From assembly GCA_965205265.1 (NCBI GenBank), contig CBDBGH010000003.1, positions 4,704,001 through 4,768,000 of the forward strand: a DNA stretch of 64,000 bases. Reading direction: 5' to 3'. Shown here piece by piece: positions 1 through 10,256 of this stretch. The translations under genes and the position numbers were made by a program. Position 1 is the stretch's first letter. Every line of letters begins with the position of its first letter. The notes under the pieces are model-generated. The model did not search any database, was not told where the DNA came from, and saw only the letters and a program-made list of their open reading frames with translations. This DNA is from Alphaproteobacteria bacterium. Its GTDB lineage: Bacteria > Pseudomonadota > Alphaproteobacteria > Bin95.

Positions 1-1
1 C

Positions 2-223
2 GACGCCCGCCTCGACACGCTGTTCCTGGCGATGCCGATCTCCTGGAAGGGTACGCTTGCGCAGTATGCCGGGCGGCTGCACCGCCGGCATCCGGCCAAG
101 CGCGAGGTGGTCGTCCACGATTATGTCGACCGCGCGGTGCCGGCGCTCCGGCGGATGGGCGAGAAGCGTATCCGGGGATACCGCAGCCTCGGCTACACGG
201 TCGAGGACGGCGAGTTGCCTTGA
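2..223 (+). CDS. C-terminus of a DEAD/DEAH-box (type III Res-like) SF2 helicase, 5'-truncated by the window edge
   Basis: Frame from nt 2 reads DARLDTLFLAMPISWKGTLAQYAGRLHR...VHDYVD, matching helicase motifs V-VI (QxxGRxxR). Confidence 0.75.
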   Translation, partial: DARLDTLFLAMPISWKGTLAQYAGRLHRRHPAKREVVVHDYVDRAVPALRRMGEKRIRGYRSLGYTVEDGELP

Positions 224-292
224 ACAAGAGCTGACCTTCGACGGCGTGTCCGAACAGGATTGCCAAGGCTGCCAGCGGTTCTCCCGCCGGCC

Positions 293-790
293 TCAGGCCT
301 TGACGCCGCAGCGCTCCCGGATCGCCCCGGCCAGCGCCGCCACCCCGCGCCGCGGCGCCTTGAGGACCTTCGGCCCGCGCAGCACGGCCGTCGCCTTGTG
401 CGGGATTTCCGTAGAGGTCCAGATCGCGGCGAGATCGCACCAGTCGAGCAGCGGCCCGACCGTCCGCCGGTTGGGCGTGGTATCCTCGGTCACGAAACGC
501 AGGGCGAGCCGGCCGGCGCAGAGCCGTTCGAGTTCGCCGCGCGTCCCCGGCGAGCCGCCCGCCACCAGCAGTTTCGTCCAGCCCGCACGCGCCATCGCCG
601 CCAGCATGCGCTCCACCGCGCGACGGCCGGCAGGCCGGGTTCCGGCAGTGCCGCACGAAGGCCCGGCCGAGCGCCCGATCCACCGCATCGACCTTGCCGG
701 CGGCGATGCGGCGCTTGCCGGGCCGGGTCAGCCCCTCCCGGCAAAGCAGCGCCCAGCGCCCGGTCGCCCTTGCCCTTGCCCTTGAAGCCG
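293..790 (-). pseudogene. Frameshifted/truncated hypothetical gene
   Basis: Protein-like segments lie in two frames (LCREGLTRPGKRRIAAGKVDAVDRALGRAFVRHCRNPAC, then RRAVERMLAAMARAGWTKLLVAGGSPG...WCDLAAIWTSTEIPHK). No clear start; coding-like sequence stops at the AT-rich patch near 790. Confidence 0.4.
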
Positions 791-795
791 TCAAT

Positions 796-833
796 ATATT
801 AACATTGAAACTAGATATTAACATTGAAACTAG
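796..833. repeat. Perfect 19-bp tandem duplication ATATTAACATTGAAACTAG x2
   Basis: 796-814 is identical to 815-833; an AT-rich island 40 bp upstream of the lipoprotein start. Confidence 0.95.
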
Positions 834-873
834 CGCCTGTCTAACGGGGGGCAGGTCAGGAGACCCTAGCGAC

Positions 874-2373
874 ATGCACACATGCAGAAACCTGATGGTT
901 GCTTGGATGGCGGTTCTGATCCTGGGATTGGCGGCCTGCGGCGGCTCGTCATTGCGGGTGGAAACGCCGGCCGAAAAGCAGAAGGCAAGGGTCGAGACAG
1001 CTATCGGGAACGCAAATACGAAGGTTCTGGAGTTGAACAACAACTCTTCCGACGAGGACTTCAAGGCCGCCGAAATGGCCGTATCGGCCGCCAAGCAGGC
1101 CCTGGCGGACGCCAGCAAGCTGTCCGCTTCCGAAAGGACGGAGCGGGAAAACAGGATCAAGAGGCTCGACGCGAGAATCGCGGATGCAAGGAAGAATACC
1201 GCCGATGCCCGCGAGACGCGGAGGCTACAGATGGCGGAAGAAGCCAGAAGACTGACAGCAGCGATGTCTGGAGACCCGATAACCGGCATCAGGGCCGTGT
1301 TGACGCACGGAGCGGCCCCGAACATGTCGGGGACGGTGCCGGGCAGTCCGGCGACAGAGGTCAGCGGGTTGGAGACAGCCGCTGCCGTCGGCGCATCGAC
1401 AGTGGCCGGTTGGCAACGGGGCCTCTACACGGCACGTGAGGGGGAGACCGCGGACACGGTGACGCTCTATACCAACATTGACCCTCCCGGCAGCCGCCCG
1501 TTCAGCGGCGAGAACGGCAAATACAGCGCCGCCAACGGGCTGGACGACGATGGCAACCTGCCGATTGCCGATACCACCGACACGACGCTGATCGTCTCTT
1601 CCGGATTCCCCGGGGGACCGGGGCTGCGGCGGCATGAGCCCGGCGCGGGCGGCACGGTGCTGGTGCCGGGCAGCTTCGACAGCGCTCCGGGCACGTTCAC
1701 CTGTACACCGACAGAGGAGAGCCCTTGCCTGTCCTCGATAAAGGCTGGCGGTGGCTACGCGCTGACTGGCGGCATTGGCTGGAAGTTCGTGCCGGAAAAG
1801 GCCGCCTTGGTACAGAAGCCGGACAGTGAATACCAGTATTTCGGATTGTGGCTGAGAGAGACCGGCGGCGTTTATGCGATAGGCGCGTTCCATGGCGGGG
1901 CAGGCGCTGCAGCGGACGAGTTTGCTCATCTTGCGGCACTCCAGGGACGGGCGGCCTATCGCGGCCCTGCGGCTGGCAAGTTCGCCATCCAGCGCCCGCC
2001 CGGCGAGACCGAGGCCGGCGACTTCACCGCCACGGTAGAGTTGCGGGTGGACTTCAAGGACGACACCGCACCCGGCACCGTGGAGGGCACGGTGAACAGC
2101 TTCATGGTGGAAGGCCAGGCGAAGGACTGGTCGGTTGCGCTCGGATCCGCCGCGATCGGCACTCACGGCACGATTGCTTCGGGCGGCACCGATACGGCGC
2201 GCACCCGCTGGACCATCGCAGGCATCAAAGCCGAGACGACAGCCACCTGGAGCGGTCAGTTCCACGAGGCAGACTTGGACCGCACCCCGACCGTGGCGAT
2301 CGGCAAGTTCACTGCCATCCACGGCACCACCGGGCGCATGACCGGCGCGTTCGGGACCACGAGGCAGCGATAG
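874..2373 (+). CDS. Surface lipoprotein with a TbpB/transferrin-binding-like C-terminal beta-barrel
   Basis: Lipobox LAAC-GG after a hydrophobic signal, an Ala/Glu/Lys coiled-coil, then A.Y.G.AAGKF...GDFTATVELRVDF...VEGTVNSF...W.GQF...G.F....M.GAFG, typical of TbpB-type barrels. Confidence 0.7.
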   Translation: MHTCRNLMVAWMAVLILGLAACGGSSLRVETPAEKQKARVETAIGNANTKVLELNNNSSDEDFKAAEMAVSAAKQALADASKLSASERTERENRIKRLDARIADARKNTADARETRRLQMAEEARRLTAAMSGDPITGIRAVLTHGAAPNMSGTVPGSPATEVSGLETAAAVGASTVAGWQRGLYTAREGETADTVTLYTNIDPPGSRPFSGENGKYSAANGLDDDGNLPIADTTDTTLIVSSGFPGGPGLRRHEPGAGGTVLVPGSFDSAPGTFTCTPTEESPCLSSIKAGGGYALTGGIGWKFVPEKAALVQKPDSEYQYFGLWLRETGGVYAIGAFHGGAGAAADEFAHLAALQGRAAYRGPAAGKFAIQRPPGETEAGDFTATVELRVDFKDDTAPGTVEGTVNSFMVEGQAKDWSVALGSAAIGTHGTIASGGTDTARTRWTIAGIKAETTATWSGQFHEADLDRTPTVAIGKFTAIHGTTGRMTGAFGTTRQR

Positions 2374-2419
2374 ATGACCGCAACCGAGCAGAGCCGGGTT
2401 TCGTGCGCCGGTTCAGAGA

Positions 2420-2505
2420 CACTGGCTCCCTTCAAACGGGTCAACACAACCCTCGGCAACATCAAGAGTGCCATCGCCGGAACCTACCGAAAGCTCGGTC
2501 CCGAT
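2420..2505 (+). mobile_element. IS1595-family transposase remnant
   Basis: FKRVNTTLGNIKSAIAGTYRKL resembles the conserved IS1595 C-terminal WVNTxLGNxKxAxxGTY motif. Confidence 0.6.
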
Positions 2506-2528
2506 GATGGGGTAGTCCAGCTCACAGT

Positions 2529-2585
2529 CCGGACGCCGCCCTGTTCCGCATGCTGGCCGGGCGGCTCGCCGCCTCCGGACCCTGA
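2529..2585 (+). mobile_element. Possible IS1380-family transposase C-terminal remnant
   Basis: PDAALFRMLAGRLAASGP-stop resembles IS1380 transposase ends as I recall them; very short. Confidence 0.35.
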
Positions 2586-2799
2586 TCCCCAAGGCGTCGT
2601 GCCCCGCCAACCCGAGACCCTTCAAACCCCAACCCCGACACCGACGAACTCAAACCACGGCGCTACGAAGGCGCCGAACACTTCCCCCTGCGCGCGCAAA
2701 ATTAGGAGATAATCTCTGCCTCCCAAGAATAAATCGGGCTAGAAGCCCTTCAGGACGGTCGTTCAGGTGAGCATGCCAGCAAGTGGCCCGGCCCTCCCG

Positions 2800-3393
2800 A
2801 TGACCGCCTTCACCGAGTCAGAGGTCGAGGCGGCGGCGCTTGAGTGGCTTGAGGGCCTGGGCTGGCATGTTGCCTACGGCCCGGACATCGGCCCCGACGG
2901 GCCGGCGGCCGAGCGGGCGGACCATGGCGCGGCGGTACTGGAGCGGCGTCTGCGCGATGCGCTGGCCCGGCTCAATCCCGACCTTCCGGCCGCAACGCTG
3001 GACGACGCCTTCCGCAGGCTGACGCGCCCGGAAGGAACGACGCTCGAAACCCGCAACCGCGCCTTCCACCGGATGACGGTCGAGGGCGTCAATGTCGAAT
3101 ACCGGAACGCGGAGGGCGCGCTCCGAGGCGCCCAAGTGAAGGTCATCGACTTCGACGATCCCGGCAACGATGACTGGCTGGCGGTGAACCAGTTCACCAT
3201 GGTGGAGAACGGGCGCGAGCGCCGGCCCGACATCGTGCTGTTCGTCAACGGCCTACCGCTCGGCATCATCGAACTCAAGAACCCGGCGGACGAGGACGCG
3301 ACCGTCTGGACGGCATGGCGGCAGTTGGAGACCTACAGGGCGGAGATCCCGTCCCTGTTTGCGATGAACGCGGCGCTGGTCGTCTCGGACGGC
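2800..3393 (+). pseudogene. hsdR: Type I restriction enzyme R subunit, N-terminal ~198 aa only
   Basis: [14 protein letters not shown]...NQFT...[23 protein letters not shown]...QLETY...LVVSDG. Homology ends abruptly after VSDG and there are no helicase motifs. Confidence 0.9.
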
Positions 3394-3530
3394 CGATCGG
3401 GAGCAGGCCCCGGTGTCTCCTCGCCAATCCCGTCATCGGCAGCGTCAGCAGCATCTGCCGCCTCAGCACCGTCCTCGTCGCGATCATCCCGCCCGAGGAC
3501 ATCGCAGACATCGCCTTCGAACGCATCCAT
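3394..3530 (-). pseudogene. N-terminal stub of an acidic protein, fused head-on to the hsdR fragment
   Basis: GGAGGA RBS before ATG at 3530; [33 protein letters not shown] then runs into the antisense of hsdR. Confidence 0.35.
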
Positions 3531-4182
3531 GGTGCAGTCCTCCCGTGCTGGCGAAAGGGCTATCGAACGCCATCACCTCACATATAGGAAGGTGGGCCGC
3601 CCGCACCGCTTACGAAACATGCGAACCCGCACGGTCGCCGGCAGCGCGGGCCGCACCGATAATCCCCCCGGTGCGCGAGCCGTTTCGCAATTGCCATGCC
3701 GCCATGTGCTTCCTGTACTGCCGCTCGGAAGCCGCGCGGCGGTCCGGGGACTATCCCCGCAAGTGCGCGGCGGGCGCTGCCGCTTAAGCGCCGCTCGGGC
3801 TGAAGGCTTGTCGCACAACGGCTTTCATCGCCCGGCGGATGGAGCGGCCAGGAAGCGGGGTCGGGACGCCCTTCGGCGCGTGGTTCGTCACACCCGACGC
3901 ATCTGTGATGCCTTTTCGCTTTATAGCGCGACAATCTGGGTGAGAGCCGCGCGTCAATCAGGATGAGATTCCCCGGCGGCATCGGCGAGTTGATGATTGT
4001 CGCGCGGGGCGCGGATTGCAAGCGGTTTCGGATTTTGATTGTCGCGGCGCGACAAACAAGGTTTTCGGAGAGCGTTTTGATTGTCGCGGGGGGGCCGTCG
4101 GGTCGGAGAAGAGACGGCCCGCGGAGGCGATTCCCGCGGGCCGTGAGTGTTGTGGCCGCTGGGCCGATCTGGCGGCAGCGGT

Positions 4183-6530
<2,348 letters not shown>

Positions 6531-6712
6531 CTACTCGGAAAAACGTCACCGTTCGCCCAGCCGACCGACCCCGCCAGAAGGTCCAGGAAAAATTTTTTGA
6601 GGCGGCGGCCCGGAACTCCGGTCGGGCTACGCCCTCCCTCCGTTCCGGGCCGCCGCCTTCCCCCGTCTCATCCTGATTGTCGCCAGCGTCTCAAGCTGAT
6701 TGTCGCGCCGCA

Positions 6713-6899
6713 CACGGTGAAGGGGATGGTCGAGGGCACGGGCGGACAGCTGGCGGCGGCGCTTGCGGTCGGCGCGGCGCTGGTGGGTTCGGTGCTGCGC
6801 TTCAACGCGATGCAGCTTCTGGGCGCGGTCGGCGTCGGGGTGGCGGCGGGCGCCGGCACCGGCATCGTGACCGGCCTGGTCGGCACGGCGATCGTCTGA
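6713..6899 (+). pseudogene. traA: Conjugative pilin, 5' part removed at the IS21 boundary
   Basis: Two hydrophobic Gly/Ala helices directly upstream of traL (TGATG overlap); no leader or native start after the IS end. Confidence 0.7.
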
Positions 6900-7192
6900 T
6901 GAACGACGCTGAGCGCCACGGGATCCCGCGCCGTCTCGACGATCCGGAGCGCTGGCTGTTCTGGACCCTCGACGAGGCCGGCGTGCTGCTCGGCCCGGCG
7001 GTGCTGGGCCTGGCCGCGAACGCCTTCGTGGCGGGTCTGACGGCCGGCCTCGGCGCCTGGTGGCTGCTGCGGCGCGTCAAGCGCGGCGGCGGGGCCAACA
7101 TCGCGCTCCATGCGCTCTACTGGTTCCTGCCCGACTTCGTGCTGCGTCTGAAGGCGGCGCCGCCGAGCCATGTGCGGCGGTACGCGGGATGA
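6899..7192 (+). CDS. traL: F-type T4SS TraL
   Basis: IPRRLDDPERWLFWTLDE...LYWFLP...PPSHVR, plus position in the operon. Confidence 0.92.
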   Translation: MNDAERHGIPRRLDDPERWLFWTLDEAGVLLGPAVLGLAANAFVAGLTAGLGAWWLLRRVKRGGGANIALHALYWFLPDFVLRLKAAPPSHVRRYAG

Positions 7193-7740
7193 GGCGGGCG
7201 GCGATGGAGGCGGGGCGGCGCCGGGCGCGGGATGCGCGTCTGGCGCTGGCCGGGCTGCTGGCGCTCTCGGTGCTGGCCAACCTGGTGCTGGGCCACGGCC
7301 TGGCGACCCGCGACCGGGTGACGGTGCTGCTGCCGGCGGTGTCGGGCCCGGCCTGGGAGGTCGGCGGCAGCTGGGCCGGGCGGCGCTATCTGGAGGATGC
7401 GGCGCGCACCGCGGCGGTGACGCTGCTGACGCTGACGCCGGAGAACGCGGGGCATGTGCGCACGGCGGTCGCGCGGCTTGCCGCGCCCGAGGCCCGCGGC
7501 GCGCTCGGCGCCTGGGTGGCGGCGGAGGCGGAGCGGATGGCCCGGCGCGATCTTGCGACCGCCTTCTACCCGCGCCGCATCGAGAGCGCGCCGGACGCGC
7601 TCACGGTCGAGATCGCGGGCGAGCTGGCGACCTGGGTCGGGCGCGAGGAGGTCTCGCGGGCTGCCAAGGCCTACCGGCTCGCCTTCCGCCTCGACGGCGG
7701 CCGGCTCGGCCTGCTGCGTTTCGAGCAACTGGAGGATTGA
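7189..7740 (+). CDS. traE: F-type T4SS TraE
   Basis: N-terminal TM, YLEDAAR...LLTLTPEN, G.L.TWVG; synteny L-E-K-B. Confidence 0.88.
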   Translation: MRRAAMEAGRRRARDARLALAGLLALSVLANLVLGHGLATRDRVTVLLPAVSGPAWEVGGSWAGRRYLEDAARTAAVTLLTLTPENAGHVRTAVARLAAPEARGALGAWVAAEAERMARRDLATAFYPRRIESAPDALTVEIAGELATWVGREEVSRAAKAYRLAFRLDGGRLGLLRFEQLED

Positions 7741-7742
7741 CC

Positions 7743-8510
7743 ATGACACCCACGAACAGGCGGCGGCGGTTCGCGTTGCTGCTTGCCTTGCACCTCGCCG
7801 GCGTCGGCGCGCTGGCGGCGCCCGCGGCGGCGATGCAGATTCTCGAGGCGGTGGACCACGCCGAACTGAGTGCGTGGATCTCCGCCGACGCGGTCAGCCG
7901 GATCGCGCTTGCGGGCGACCGGATCGCGAAGGTGGTGCGGGCGCCCGGCGGCTACGCGGTCGAGCACGACCCGGCCTCGGGCGACCTCTATCTCCGGCCT
8001 GCCGGACCGGGGTCGGCGGCCGGTGCGCCGGTGACGCTGTTCATCGGCACCGAGAAAGGCTTCACCTACCGGCTGACGCTCGATCCGGGGCCGGGGGACT
8101 CGGCGCAGATCCTGATCCGCAATCCGGAGGCGCTGGCGCCGGAGGACGCGGCCCCGGCGGCGGCGGCGGGACGCATCGGCGCGCTGACGGCGCTGATCCG
8201 GGCGGTGGCGACCCGCATGCCGCTTGCCGGCCATGTCATCGAGCCGGGCGGCGGGGCGGAGGCCGGCGCACCCGGCCTCTCGCTGATCGAGACCTGGCGG
8301 GGTCCGCGCTTTGCGGCGCATGCGATCGAGGCCGGCCCGGATGCGACGGACGCCGCGGGCCTCGCCGGGACCATGGCCGGACTGGCGGGGATCGGCACGA
8401 TCGCGGCGGTGTGGCTGGGCGGCCCGGGGACCGGGCCCACCGGCGGCAGGCTGGCCGTCGCGGTCACCGAAGCGCGGGCCGGCGCGGCCGGCGGGGGAGT
8501 CCCGCGATGA
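7743..8510 (+). CDS. traK: F-type T4SS TraK
   Basis: Signal peptide, SRIALAGDRI, GDLYLRP, LFIGTEKGFTYRL. Confidence 0.88.
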   Translation: MTPTNRRRRFALLLALHLAGVGALAAPAAAMQILEAVDHAELSAWISADAVSRIALAGDRIAKVVRAPGGYAVEHDPASGDLYLRPAGPGSAAGAPVTLFIGTEKGFTYRLTLDPGPGDSAQILIRNPEALAPEDAAPAAAAGRIGALTALIRAVATRMPLAGHVIEPGGGAEAGAPGLSLIETWRGPRFAAHAIEAGPDATDAAGLAGTMAGLAGIGTIAAVWLGGPGTGPTGGRLAVAVTEARAGAAGGGVPR

Positions 8511-9730
8511 GCGCGCCGGCGGCAAGGGACGGCGAGTCGCGCCGGGCCCGGCGCAGCCAGCTGGTGCTGTTCTCGGCCCTGGCGGCGGCGGGGCTGGCGC
8601 TGTTCGCGGCCTGGATCGCCGGGGGAAGCGGCGGGGCGCCGCGTCCCGAGGCGCGGATCGATGCGGAACTCGCCGGTCCGGGCACGGCGGAGGACAGCTG
8701 GATCCGGCGCTCGGAGCAACGGCTCGGCGGGATCGACATGCGCCTGCGCGAACTGGAGACCGAGGCCGCCGATCTCGCCCGCGAGAACGAGCGGCTGCGC
8801 CGGCAGCTCGCCACCGATGCGGGCGACGCGCGCCGGACGATCGACAGCCAGGCGGCGGTGATCGAGCAGCTGCGCCGCGACCGGGTGGCCGGTCCGGCCG
8901 AGCCGGGCGGGGCCATGTTCCCGCCGGCAGGCGCGGCGCGGCAAGTGGACGGGCCGGAGACCGGGCCGGAGCCGGGCGAAGTGCCGCCGCTGATCGAGAC
9001 CTTCCGGCTCGACGATGCCGCGGCGCCGTTCGGCGCCTCCGGAATCCGCGCTCTCGACGTCTGGCTGCCGGCGGGGAGCCACGCCGAGGCGGTGGTGGTG
9101 GCGGGCGTCGACGCCTCGGCGTCGGTCGCCTCCCAGGGCGATCCGCGGCCGGTGCTGCTGCGGATCACCGGCCCCGCCTGGACCGCCGCGCCGCCGGGTT
9201 CGCCGACCGCGATGCGGGTCGATCTCGCGGGCTGCACGGTGACCGGGGCGGCGCATGGCGATCTCTCCTCGGAGAAGGTCTATGCGCGGCTGCAGACCCT
9301 GACCTGCGCCGGGCCGGAGCCCGGCACGGCGGTCGAGACCCGGGTGGCGGGCTTCGTGGCCGGGGCCGGCAAGACCGGGGTGCGCGGGCCGGTGGTGAGC
9401 CGCGAGGGGGCGCTGGTCGAGAAGGCGTTCCTGGCCGGGCTGGTCTCCGGTGTCGGCGAGGGGGTTTCGGGGGCGTTCGCGCCGCAGGCGGTGGCGACCG
9501 GCGGCGGCGCGGCGGTCGCCAACACCGGGCTTGCCGACATCGGCCGCGCCGGCCTCGGCGCCGGCGCCTCGTCGGCCGGGCAGAAGGTGGCCGACTACAT
9601 GATCCGGCGGGCCGAGCAGTATCAGCCGGTGATCCAGCTCCAGGCGGGGACGCCGGTGACGGTGGTGTTCATCGAGGGCGCCTGGCTCGACGGGCGCGAC
9701 GCGAAGCAGGGAGGAAACGATGGTCGATGA
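8507..9730 (+). CDS. traB: F-type T4SS TraB (VirB10-like)
   Basis: TM plus coiled coil; LPAGS.AEAVVVAGVDA, GDLSSEKVYARL, YMIRRAEQYQPVI. Confidence 0.93.
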   Translation: MSAPAARDGESRRARRSQLVLFSALAAAGLALFAAWIAGGSGGAPRPEARIDAELAGPGTAEDSWIRRSEQRLGGIDMRLRELETEAADLARENERLRRQLATDAGDARRTIDSQAAVIEQLRRDRVAGPAEPGGAMFPPAGAARQVDGPETGPEPGEVPPLIETFRLDDAAAPFGASGIRALDVWLPAGSHAEAVVVAGVDASASVASQGDPRPVLLRITGPAWTAAPPGSPTAMRVDLAGCTVTGAAHGDLSSEKVYARLQTLTCAGPEPGTAVETRVAGFVAGAGKTGVRGPVVSREGALVEKAFLAGLVSGVGEGVSGAFAPQAVATGGGAAVANTGLADIGRAGLGAGASSAGQKVADYMIRRAEQYQPVIQLQAGTPVTVVFIEGAWLDGRDAKQGGNDGR

Positions 9731-10256
9731 AACCGGAACGACGGGCCGGCCGCGGACTGCGGCGATGGCCGTTCTGGCGGCGCTGGCGCTGGCGGGCTGC
9801 GCCTCGGGCCATGTGGGCGAGGACTGGCAGTGTCCGCTGGCCCAGGGCGCGGTGTGCGCCAGCGTCGCTGCCGCCGATCCGGCCGTGCCCGAGGCGGGGA
9901 CGGCGCTCCCGCCCGACGCCATGGGGGCCGAAGACCGCGCCGATGGATCCGCCGATGCGTCCGCTGCGGCGGTGCCGGACTGCGATTCCGGCTGCAGCCC
10001 GTTCGGCTGGCTGGCGCGGCTGTTCGCCCCGGCGGATGAAGATGCTGCGGCGCGGCCCGACGGCGCCGGCCCGGCATCGGAGGTGCCGGCCGCCGCTCCG
10101 CTTCCGGACGAGGACAGCCCGTCCGGCGAGGCCTTGCGCGCGCCGGATCGGATCGCCCGGGTCTGGATCGCGCCCTGGGTCGATGCGGACGGGGTCTGGC
10201 GCGAGGCGTCCTGGGTGCGGGTCGTGATCGCGCCGGCGCGCTGGAGGCTGCCGTGA
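9720..10256 (+). CDS. traV: Lipoprotein TraV
   Basis: Lipobox LAGC, W.CP...G..C.SV, R.P.RIARVWIAPWVDADG. Confidence 0.9.
   Translation: MVDETGTTGRPRTAAMAVLAALALAGCASGHVGEDWQCPLAQGAVCASVAAADPAVPEAGTALPPDAMGAEDRADGSADASAAAVPDCDSGCSPFGWLARLFAPADEDAAARPDGAGPASEVPAAAPLPDEDSPSGEALRAPDRIARVWIAPWVDADGVWREASWVRVVIAPARWRLP

Noticed and set aside
796-833. CRISPR repeat (contains ATTGAAAC, a common repeat 3' end)
   Set aside because: Only two abutting 19-bp copies, no spacers and no cas genes.
2767-3966. Intact 399-aa HsdR-like protein
   Set aside because: Homology stops near 3393; the rest is read-through into unrelated DNA and the IS end.
8078-8090. Third copy of the 24-bp palindromic element in traK (GCTCGATCCGGGG)
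   Set aside because: Only the right half matches, in a different frame, with no apparent indel; likely chance in GC-rich DNA.
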